NCBI GenBank assembly: GCA_040386055.1
Contig: JAZKGH010000189.1
Span: forward strand, 1-50,923
Direction: 5' to 3'
Source of the DNA: Bacteroidota bacterium
Lineage (GTDB): Bacteria; Bacteroidota; Bacteroidia; UKL13-3
DNA length: 50,923 nt
The translations under genes were made by a program, and so were the position numbers. The notes beneath the pieces were generated by a model. That model worked only from the letters and a program-made list of their open reading frames with translations. It searched no databases and had not been told where the DNA came from. Numbering within the stretch: position 1 is the first letter of the stretch; each line of letters opens with the position of its first letter. Shown piece after piece: positions 28,597 to 36,517 of the stretch.

Positions 28597-29856
28597 ATGT
28601 ATAAACTCATATTCATATTCTGTATTTTCCTTGCAACTGTTGCAGATGCACAAATGGATACAACCCAAATGGGAGCAGATGATCTATACTCACTGGCCCG
28701 AGAGAAGGCTTTTAGTGGTGACAGAGAAGGTGCACGTAGACTGTGTAGTCTGGCATTGGAAAAAAGTCCGAATTATCATGAAATAGCATTATTGATAGGA
28801 AGGACTTATGCATGGGACGGAAAAAAAGAAGAAGCAAGAAAAATATACAAAGGTATTCTTGCGAAAGAGCCCAATCATATTGAAGCAACATTGGCGTTGG
28901 CTGATGTGGAACTGTGGGACGATAAACCTCAGGATGCATTGGTTGCATTAGATAAATGCCTGACAGTATATCCCAATAATTTTGATTTGTTGCTCAAGAA
29001 AGCAAAAGCACTCATTGATGCCAAACTGGAAAATGAAGCCATGATGGTGTTGAGCCGGGCATTGGAGATTGATCCGGGATGTGTGGCCTGTATTCAGCTC
29101 AAACAAAAAATAAAGACAAAAAAATTCAAGCATACCTTATCCGTAAATGCAGCAACTGATGTTTTCTCTGCATATTTTGATCCGATGTATTATTCATCCC
29201 TGCAATTTGGATCGGTAACCAAACCGGGCACCGTTGTGGGCCGAATCAACTACACCAACCGATTCAATCAAAGCGGGATTCAACCTGAAGTGGATTTTTA
29301 CCCGGGTTTGTGGAAAGGTGCCTATGGATATTTGAACTATGGATTTACAACCTCATCCTTATTTGCACGTCACCGTGTAGGAGGTGAAATATTTCAATCG
29401 CTGCCGCGTAGTTTTGAAGCATCCTTAGGATTGAGATATTTGGATTTTGGAGCGGGCAATTCAATGACCATATACACAGGATCATTGGGTTGGTATTATA
29501 AAAACTATTGGTTTAATGCACGCACCTTTATCACTCCGTCAAATGGAACTTTTTCACGCTCGCTAAATGTAACAGCTCGCAGGTATTTTGCAGATGCAAA
29601 CAATTACATTGGCATTACGGCAGGAGCGGGTTTTTCACCTGATGCCCGAAGGATTCAGACCAATGAAGGATTGAATCCGGGTAATAATATTTACTTATTA
29701 AAGGCTCAGAAAATTGAATGCAACCTGCAAAAGAGTATTCGGTACAATATGAATTTCACTCTTGATGTATATTATTCGCATCAGGAACTCAGTTTCAGCT
29801 ACGGAGAATATGTGAATGTGGTGGGCATTACAACAGGTATTAAAATTAGACTTTAA
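28597..29856 (+). CDS. Outer membrane protein with an N-terminal TPR region and a C-terminal YaiO-like beta-barrel.
   Basis: It has the signal peptide MYKLIFIFCIFLATVADAQ and three or four TPR repeats (IGRTYAWDGKKEEARKIY...). About 240 aa of alternating-hydrophobic beta-strand pattern follow, rich in Tyr/Gly/Asn and ending in GIKIRL. The family name is from memory of YaiO-domain proteins. Confidence 0.65.
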   Translation: MYKLIFIFCIFLATVADAQMDTTQMGADDLYSLAREKAFSGDREGARRLCSLALEKSPNYHEIALLIGRTYAWDGKKEEARKIYKGILAKEPNHIEATLALADVELWDDKPQDALVALDKCLTVYPNNFDLLLKKAKALIDAKLENEAMMVLSRALEIDPGCVACIQLKQKIKTKKFKHTLSVNAATDVFSAYFDPMYYSSLQFGSVTKPGTVVGRINYTNRFNQSGIQPEVDFYPGLWKGAYGYLNYGFTTSSLFARHRVGGEIFQSLPRSFEASLGLRYLDFGAGNSMTIYTGSLGWYYKNYWFNARTFITPSNGTFSRSLNVTARRYFADANNYIGITAGAGFSPDARRIQTNEGLNPGNNIYLLKAQKIECNLQKSIRYNMNFTLDVYYSHQELSFSYGEYVNVVGITTGIKIRL

Positions 29857-29867
29857 AGCAGTAACAA

Positions 29868-30677
29868 ATGCTAACAACAGATCCTATTGGTAAAAATAAT
29901 GTGGTTGTGAAGGGTAATCTTCACGCCCGCGAAACCATTATTTTTAGTAATGGGTTTGGTACAGAACAATCTGTTTGGGATAAAGTGATAACTCCTTTTT
30001 TAGAGAATTACCGCATTATTTTGTATGACCTTGCTGGTTCCGGAAAATCGGATATGAATGCTTTTAGCTCCCATAAATATGATAGCCTGCGGGTGCATGC
30101 TGATGATTTAATTGACATATGCAAACGCATGCTTGTGAAAGATGCGATTTTTATTGGACATTCAGTAAGCGGAATGATAGGCATGCTTGCAGCGATTAAA
30201 GCTCCGCAGTATTTTTCGAAGATGGTTTTCATAAGTGCCTCTCCGCGTTACATCAATGCAGATGAATATGTTGGCGGATTCACACAAGAAACGTTAGATG
30301 AATTGTACCGGAACATGGAAACAAATTATTTTGCCTGGATTAGTGGTTTTGCCCCAATGACAATGCTCAATAGTGATAAACCTGAATTGGCAGAAGGGTT
30401 TTTGCAAACACTATCTGCCATTCGTCCTGATGTGGCTGTATCCGTAGTACGCACCATTTTTCAAAGCGATTACAGAAGTAGTTTGAAAGAGTTAACCAAA
30501 CCTGCGCTATTGATTCATTGCGATAACGATATGGCTGTTCCGGTAACTGTAGGAGCCTATATGAATGAACATATACCAAACAGTCAATTGGAGTTAATAG
30601 CTGCAGAAGGCCATTATCCTCATGTGAGTGCACCGGAGGCTGTAATCAAAGCAATTCAACGATTTATAGAAGTATGA
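29868..30677 (+). CDS. RsbQ / D14 / KAI2-type alpha/beta hydrolase.
   Basis: This 269-aa protein reads KNNVVVKGN...IIFSNGFGTEQSVW...ILYDLAGSGKSD...FIGHSVSGMIGM (nucleophile elbow) ...LLIHCDNDMAVP...AEGHYPHVSAPE. It is collinear with B. subtilis RsbQ as I recall it, and the Ser/Asp/His triad is intact (about S99, D221, H249). Confidence 0.85.
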   Translation: MLTTDPIGKNNVVVKGNLHARETIIFSNGFGTEQSVWDKVITPFLENYRIILYDLAGSGKSDMNAFSSHKYDSLRVHADDLIDICKRMLVKDAIFIGHSVSGMIGMLAAIKAPQYFSKMVFISASPRYINADEYVGGFTQETLDELYRNMETNYFAWISGFAPMTMLNSDKPELAEGFLQTLSAIRPDVAVSVVRTIFQSDYRSSLKELTKPALLIHCDNDMAVPVTVGAYMNEHIPNSQLELIAAEGHYPHVSAPEAVIKAIQRFIEV

Positions 30678-33151
30678 TGGAACGGGAACAAGATATAGAT
30701 TGGAATGCACACGCACTTGATTTTTTGGTGAAGCTTTCACCGATAAAAAAAATAAGGGAACAAGCACAGTTGATACGTGAAGTATTTTCACTGGTGGAAG
30801 AGTATATGCTGGCAGATGCTGTTTGTTTTTACCGCAATTTTGATGAACTCACCACACGAGTTGTTTTAGCGTCAAAGAAACAGGTTTTTCATTCGCACCT
30901 GAATCCGGATAGTGTACAAAACTATATCCGCTCAGACGAATATCAATCTGTGGAAAAAATATTTCAACCACTGTTTTTCATCAATGAGCAATATGAAAAG
31001 TGTATTGTGATTCCGCTATACAATACTGCATTGTCGGGTGGTTTGATTATGGGCTGGAAGGCCCTTAAAACGGATGAGGCAGGGTTCGATCGTTTTTTAA
31101 CGGGTGTGCAGATGGGAATGAATGAGATGATGCAACGTATGAGTGTGTATCATGAAATTGATGAACTCACCACGCGTTTTAATGCCATTCTCGAAACCAT
31201 TCCTGAAGGAATTGTGTATGTAGATGATTCGGGAAAATCAGCATGGGTAAATACAGTGGGTAGTGAATTGCTTAAGTTGAATCAGGGGAGCAATCAACCT
31301 TTTTTGGTTGCAACAGCTATGCAGGAATTGCGCAGCGGAGCAGTGAATCAGGAGGAGATTAATGAAATAGCGAATAAACTTTTCAGCGAACCCAATCAAA
31401 CCATTAAGGATTGGAAATGGATTATCGGAGACCCCATTCTATCCGTACTGCGTGTGGCCTGCAAACCCATTTCTTCACCGCTCGTAAATGGCCGGTTATG
31501 GGTATTTACCGATATTACCTTTTCACATATTGCTAATGAGCAACTAAAGGAATTAAATGAGGAACTCGCCATAAAACGTAATCTGGCCGATGAACAGAAT
31601 CAAGCTAAGTCTGAATTTCTGGCCAATATGAGTCACGAGATCCGTACACCAATGAATGGTGTAATCGGGATGACAAGTTTGCTTATGCATACGATACTCA
31701 CTGAAGAGCAAAAAGAATATGTTGACACTATTCGATTGAGTGGTGAAACACTGCTTTCACTTATCAATGATATTTTAGATTTATCCAAAATTGAATCTGG
31801 TAAGTTAGAAATTGAAGAAGCTCCAATGAGCTTGGTAAAACTGGTGGAAGAAACATACGACTTGCTTTCGGTACGTGCTAATGAAAAGGGGCTGGATTTA
31901 TTATACCTCATTGATCCGAATGTTCCGTCAGAGGTATTGGGTGATCCTACCCGTTTGCGACAAATATTGCTTAACCTTGTTTCCAACGGTATCAAGTTTA
32001 CTTCCAAAGGAGATATCCTCATTCATGTACAATCGATTGGTAAGCAAGAGGACGTTTACCATATTCAGATAAGCGTGAAAGACACCGGAATTGGGATACC
32101 TGCCAATAAATTCAACACTATTTTTGAGAGCTTTTCACAGGTTGACACATCCACTACACGAAAATATGGAGGAACGGGATTAGGCTTAAGCATTTGTCAG
32201 CGTTTAGTGAATATGATGGGAGGAACGATTTCTGTGAGCAGCACGGAAGGGTTAGGCTCTACCTTCACATTTAATATAAAAGTACACGCTAACCGTGAAG
32301 TGAAGCAGTTTGATTTTGCCCCCGTTGTAAAAGACACGCTGCTTACCGGCAAAAAAATACTCATTCTGGATGACAATGAAACTAACTTGCAGATTTTACA
32401 ATCCCAATGTAAATTATGGGGAATGAATCCGGTAATTTTTAACGATTGTCATTTGGCCATTGCGGAAATGGGACAGCAGGAGTTTGATTTGGCCATTGTA
32501 GATATGCTTATGGAGGAGTATGACGGTGTTGCTGTGGCAAGAGAAATGAAAATGAAATTTCCGGATAAAAAAATTCCGATTATTTTATTCAGTTCATTAG
32601 GATTCTCTCATTTTAAGAATAAGGAAGATAAAGATCTGTTTGCAGCAATACTGGTAAAGCCCACAAAACATAGCATGTTGAAAAAGACGATGATGGATAT
32701 ATTGGGTAGAAAAGAAGGATCTGAAATGGCAACAATGTCGGCAAGTGTTCTTTTATCTCAAACACAATCCATTGACAATATCCGTATCTTAGTGGCAGAG
32801 GATAATGACACCAATCAGAAACTCATTCGTAAAACTCTTGAAAAGCTGGGTTACGGATGTGAGCTGGTGAACAATGGTGTGGAGGCTGTAGAGGCTGCAA
32901 AGCGCAAGCAATACGATTTGATTTTGATGGATGTAATGATGCCGGAAATGGATGGGTATGAAGCAACTCAACAGATTATTGTGGGTGCTAAAGCCCATAA
33001 ACCCATTATTATAGCCATGACGGCAAATGCGTTGGCAGATGATAAGAACAAGGCTATGCGGGCAGGCATGGATGACTATATCAGCAAGCCTTTCCGCATT
33101 GCAGATATTGAAGAAAAAATAAACAAATGGAAACCGCATTTTCAGAATTGA
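30674..33151 (+). CDS. Cytoplasmic hybrid sensor histidine kinase with the architecture GAF-like, PAS, HisKA, HATPase_c, REC, REC.
   Basis: No transmembrane helix is present. The PAS region reads RFNAILETIPEGIVYVDD...GRLWVFTDIT, the H-box reads SEFLANMSHEIRTPMNGV, and the kinase has N/G boxes (LLNLVSNGIKFT, DTGIGIP, GGTGLGLSI). There are two receiver domains (LILDDNE...IVDMLM; ILVAEDND...LILMDVMMPEMDG...SKP). The start ATGATG overlaps the hydrolase stop by 4 nt. Confidence 0.9.
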   Translation: MMEREQDIDWNAHALDFLVKLSPIKKIREQAQLIREVFSLVEEYMLADAVCFYRNFDELTTRVVLASKKQVFHSHLNPDSVQNYIRSDEYQSVEKIFQPLFFINEQYEKCIVIPLYNTALSGGLIMGWKALKTDEAGFDRFLTGVQMGMNEMMQRMSVYHEIDELTTRFNAILETIPEGIVYVDDSGKSAWVNTVGSELLKLNQGSNQPFLVATAMQELRSGAVNQEEINEIANKLFSEPNQTIKDWKWIIGDPILSVLRVACKPISSPLVNGRLWVFTDITFSHIANEQLKELNEELAIKRNLADEQNQAKSEFLANMSHEIRTPMNGVIGMTSLLMHTILTEEQKEYVDTIRLSGETLLSLINDILDLSKIESGKLEIEEAPMSLVKLVEETYDLLSVRANEKGLDLLYLIDPNVPSEVLGDPTRLRQILLNLVSNGIKFTSKGDILIHVQSIGKQEDVYHIQISVKDTGIGIPANKFNTIFESFSQVDTSTTRKYGGTGLGLSICQRLVNMMGGTISVSSTEGLGSTFTFNIKVHANREVKQFDFAPVVKDTLLTGKKILILDDNETNLQILQSQCKLWGMNPVIFNDCHLAIAEMGQQEFDLAIVDMLMEEYDGVAVAREMKMKFPDKKIPIILFSSLGFSHFKNKEDKDLFAAILVKPTKHSMLKKTMMDILGRKEGSEMATMSASVLLSQTQSIDNIRILVAEDNDTNQKLIRKTLEKLGYGCELVNNGVEAVEAAKRKQYDLILMDVMMPEMDGYEATQQIIVGAKAHKPIIIAMTANALADDKNKAMRAGMDDYISKPFRIADIEEKINKWKPHFQN

Positions 33152-33153
33152 CT

Positions 33154-33510
33154 ATGAACAAACAGGAATACACTCATATTAATTTGTCATACCTCTATGA
33201 TATTGCAGATAATGATATTGATTTCGTAAAGGAGATGATTACGGATTACATCATAAAAGTACCGGTGCAGTTTACCGAAATGCAGACCGTATTCTGGGAA
33301 CGCAACTTTGAACAAACACATTTTATTGCGCATAAAATTAAATCGGCTTTTCAGTTTGTGGGGGCACAGCAACTGGTTGAATTGGCCCGCAATATTGAAA
33401 GGGTAAGTGAGACACAAGATATAGAAACCATCACACAGGATCTGGCCGCAATGGAGCCTGTTGTAAAATTGGTATTAACAGAATTGCAATCTGAATTGTC
33501 TGTTCTCTAA
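33154..33510 (+). CDS. Stand-alone Hpt (histidine phosphotransfer) protein.
   Basis: It reads FIAHKIKSAFQFVGAQQLVELARNIE, the HxxKG-type Hpt motif, in a ~118-aa helical protein. The ATG lies 2 nt after the kinase stop. The longer 33127 start would overlap the kinase by 25 nt. Confidence 0.8.
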   Translation: MNKQEYTHINLSYLYDIADNDIDFVKEMITDYIIKVPVQFTEMQTVFWERNFEQTHFIAHKIKSAFQFVGAQQLVELARNIERVSETQDIETITQDLAAMEPVVKLVLTELQSELSVL

Positions 33511-33525
33511 TTTCATTCGGACCTC

Positions 33526-33888
33526 ATGAAAAGAATATTAATAGTAGAAGATGAAGACTTGATTTTGAAGGCGCTTGAATTCAGGCTTCGGAGGGACGGC
33601 TATGACGTCATAAAGGCAAAGGATGGTCGCGATGGATTAAAGGCCATTGAAACGGAAATGTTTGATTTACTGATTACCGACATGATGCTTCCCTTTAATA
33701 ATGGACTTGAAGTGGTGAATAAAGCAAAAGAAATGAAGGGTAAGAATTTTCCGGTGATTGTTCTTTCCAATGTTGGCTTGGAAAATGTGGTATTGGATGC
33801 TTTCAAGCTGGGTGCTGACGATTATATTACTAAACCATTTAGCCCGGTAGAGTTATCGATAAGGGTAAAAAGGCTCTTAAATAAGTAG
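33526..33888 (+). CDS. Single-domain CheY-like response regulator with no output domain.
   Basis: This 120-aa protein reads ILIVEDEDL...DLLITDMMLP...VIVLSN...DDYITKPF, so all the receiver acidic pocket, Thr/Ser and Lys positions are present. Confidence 0.9.
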   Translation: MKRILIVEDEDLILKALEFRLRRDGYDVIKAKDGRDGLKAIETEMFDLLITDMMLPFNNGLEVVNKAKEMKGKNFPVIVLSNVGLENVVLDAFKLGADDYITKPFSPVELSIRVKRLLNK

Positions 33889-33932
33889 GATTGCAGACCT
33901 TGCTGTTTATATGGCCCCGATTTGGTTTTCGC

Positions 33933-35042
33933 ATGGAGTCACTATCCTCGAGCAAATCAGACCAGTATGATACTATCATTACATTTTGTATTGCCTTTAT
34001 TGTTTGCTGTCTTTCGGGTGCGTTCATTACCGGGGTTTATTTATTTTATATCAGGTTTCGTAATCAGTACTATGCCAAACGTATTGCCAGATTGGAAGAA
34101 CGTTACGGCTTGTTGCTCACCGGAATTATTTTTGATGAGGAAGACGAACAATTCGAAGAAAAGAGAAAGAAATTAATCAAGCATTTTAAGAAAACATATT
34201 TGCGTTCGCATTTTAATAAGCGTGTGTTGCGCAAAGAACTTCTTAAATTATATAAGAGCTTTAGCGGGTCCTCACAAAAAGTTTTGCGGGATTTGTATCT
34301 TGAATTGCGTCTGCACAAAGAAGCATTAGCAGATTTAAACAGTACCGATTGGAGTGTAAGAGCTGATGCAGTTAAAGAACTCGGTCAGATACAGTACACA
34401 GATGCAAAGCTTAAAATGTTGAAGTTGAGTTCTCACGAAAATCCAGAATTACGGCTGGAGGCACAAGCCGCTTTTCTGGCATTGGAAAAGGAAAATCCAT
34501 TTGGGTTTTTGGAGACAGCTAAAGCAAAAATTACCGAATGGCAACAGTTGAATCTGGAAGAAATAGCCAAACGAATAGAGTCGGATAAAATACCATTGTT
34601 TGCCAGTTGGTTTGGGTTACGCAACCAATCAGTGGTTGAATTTTGTGTGAAGATGACGGCAACCTTTAATCAGTTTGAGTCGGGTGAGGCGCTGATACAA
34701 TTGTTGCATGCCAAGGATATTCGTGTTGCCAAGGAAGCGGTAAAAGCATTGGGAAATCTGTTTGTAGTTGAAGCACAATTGCCCCTCATAGAATTATATC
34801 CCGGAAGCTCTCAGGAGGTTCAGAATGAAATTATCATGAGTCTTGGGAAACTTGGGGGAACAGAAGTGTTGCAGTTTTTAACAGATATTTTATACACGGC
34901 TCCGCATGAGCAAGCCATGAAGGCAGGTATGGCCATTCGCTCAACAGGATATGATGGAGATCTTATTTTGCAGCAGGCATTGCAAAGTGAAGATACACAT
35001 GTAGTAGCTATTGCGGAACATATGTTAGATGAAAGAATATAA
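33933..35042 (+). CDS. Membrane-anchored HEAT/PBS-lyase-like repeat protein.
   Basis: It has one N-terminal transmembrane helix (TIITFCIAFIVCCLSGAFITGVYLFYI), followed by repeated helical units: DWSVRADAVKELGQI, NPELRLEAQAAFLAL, DIRVAKEAVKALGNL and QEVQNEIIMSLGKLG. The start could instead be the TTG at 33891, which is 2 nt after the receiver stop. Confidence 0.65.
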   Translation: MESLSSSKSDQYDTIITFCIAFIVCCLSGAFITGVYLFYIRFRNQYYAKRIARLEERYGLLLTGIIFDEEDEQFEEKRKKLIKHFKKTYLRSHFNKRVLRKELLKLYKSFSGSSQKVLRDLYLELRLHKEALADLNSTDWSVRADAVKELGQIQYTDAKLKMLKLSSHENPELRLEAQAAFLALEKENPFGFLETAKAKITEWQQLNLEEIAKRIESDKIPLFASWFGLRNQSVVEFCVKMTATFNQFESGEALIQLLHAKDIRVAKEAVKALGNLFVVEAQLPLIELYPGSSQEVQNEIIMSLGKLGGTEVLQFLTDILYTAPHEQAMKAGMAIRSTGYDGDLILQQALQSEDTHVVAIAEHMLDERI

Positions 35043-35044
35043 GG

Positions 35045-36457
35045 ATGATTGAGATTTTTAATAATGCTATTCTATTATATGGTATAACGATTACGTTATC
35101 GTATGTGCTATTGGCTATTATTTCGGCAAGGGCACTCAATTATTATATTCGTAAAAACAAGTTTGTATCACATGAGGCATTGCTGTCATCACCCAATGCA
35201 CCATCAGTTTCATTGATTGCTCCCGCTTACAATGAAGAAAAAACAATTGTCGAGAATATTCGGTCCCTCTTGTCTATTCACTACAATAACTTTGAAGTAA
35301 TTATTGTGAATGATGGTAGTAAGGACAATACATTACAAACCATGATTGAGGCGTATGATTTACAGAAAGTAAATTTTGCCATACACCAGGAGTTACCCGG
35401 AAAACCGATAAGGGGTGTATATAAAGCCATGAATCCTGCATATAAAAAGCTCACTGTAGTAGATAAGGTAAATGGCGGGAAAGCAGATGCACTGAATGCC
35501 GGTATCAATATTTCCTCCTATGATTTGATTACTTGTATTGACGTGGATTGTATTATTGAACAGGACGGAATATTGCGTATGGTAAAACCTTTTATGGAGG
35601 AAAACGTAAAGGTGATTGCCAGTGGAGGAGTCATTCGCATTGCCAATTCATGTGAGATTGAAGATGGAAAATTAATTAAAGCACATGTTCCTAAAAGTTT
35701 GGTTGCAAGATTTCAGGTAATTGAATACTTAAGGGCTTTTTTAATGGGGCGTATGGGATGGAGTAAACTCAATGGACTCTTGCTTATATCCGGTGCGATG
35801 GGAATGTTTGACAGACGTATAGCCATAGCCAGTGGAGGGTATAATCACAATACTGTGGGTGAGGATATGGAACTGGTGGTGCGCATGAGGCGTTATATGG
35901 CCGATCGGAAAATAAAATATAAAGTAACCTACATTCCTGATCCACTTTGTTGGACGGAAGCTCCTTCCGATTACAAAATTCTTTCCCGCCAACGTAATCG
36001 CTGGATGCGGGGAACTATGGAAACACTATGGATCCACCGCAAACTGGCCTTCAATCCTCGTTATGGATTATTGGGATTGATAAGTTATCCATACTGGATG
36101 TTTTACGAATGGTTGGCTCCGGTGATTGAGTTTTTAGGAGTGTGTTATTTCGTATTTTTGATTGTAACGGGTTACGACAACTGGTATTTGTTTATGGTTT
36201 TGTTTCTGGTAGTGTATGCCTTTGCCATTTTCATGTCGTTTCTGGCATTATTGTATGAGGAACTTACATATCATCAGTATACAAGCAAGCGCGATACCTT
36301 GAAGTTGATGCTTACTGTTTTGCTTGAGCCGATTATCTATCATCCACGCAGCACCTGGTGGGGACTCAAAGGAAATATTGACAAAATAAAAGGTAAGAAT
36401 ACATGGGGAGAAATGACCCGTGCTGGTTTCAACAAGGTTGAAAATAAGAATGTTTAA
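35045..36457 (+). CDS. Processive family-2 glycosyltransferase (a PgaC/IcaA/BcsA/NodC-like polysaccharide synthase).
   Basis: It has an N-terminal transmembrane helix, then SLIAPAYNEE, IIVNDGSKDNT, GGKADALNAG, CIDVDCII (DxD), GEDMEL and SRQRNRWMRG (the Q-x-x-R-W processivity motif). About four C-terminal transmembrane helices follow. No PilZ-like RxxxR/DxSxxG tail is visible. It starts 2 nt after the HEAT gene stop. Confidence 0.85.
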   Translation: MIEIFNNAILLYGITITLSYVLLAIISARALNYYIRKNKFVSHEALLSSPNAPSVSLIAPAYNEEKTIVENIRSLLSIHYNNFEVIIVNDGSKDNTLQTMIEAYDLQKVNFAIHQELPGKPIRGVYKAMNPAYKKLTVVDKVNGGKADALNAGINISSYDLITCIDVDCIIEQDGILRMVKPFMEENVKVIASGGVIRIANSCEIEDGKLIKAHVPKSLVARFQVIEYLRAFLMGRMGWSKLNGLLLISGAMGMFDRRIAIASGGYNHNTVGEDMELVVRMRRYMADRKIKYKVTYIPDPLCWTEAPSDYKILSRQRNRWMRGTMETLWIHRKLAFNPRYGLLGLISYPYWMFYEWLAPVIEFLGVCYFVFLIVTGYDNWYLFMVLFLVVYAFAIFMSFLALLYEELTYHQYTSKRDTLKLMLTVLLEPIIYHPRSTWWGLKGNIDKIKGKNTWGEMTRAGFNKVENKNV

Positions 36458-36517
36458 AGCAGCTAACCAATTCACGATTTTGCGGTTTGCCTTAATCTCT
36501 GTAATTATGCTGCATAA

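Noticed and set aside
35045-36457. Possibility that the GT2 synthase carries a PilZ or other c-di-GMP receptor domain.
   Set aside because: The C-terminal tail after the last transmembrane helix is only ~45 aa (…RSTWWGLKGNIDKIKGKNTWGEMTRAGFNKVENKNV) and lacks RxxxR / D-x-S-x-x-G motifs. No GGDEF/EAL/HD-GYP gene is present in the window. This was checked by eye only.
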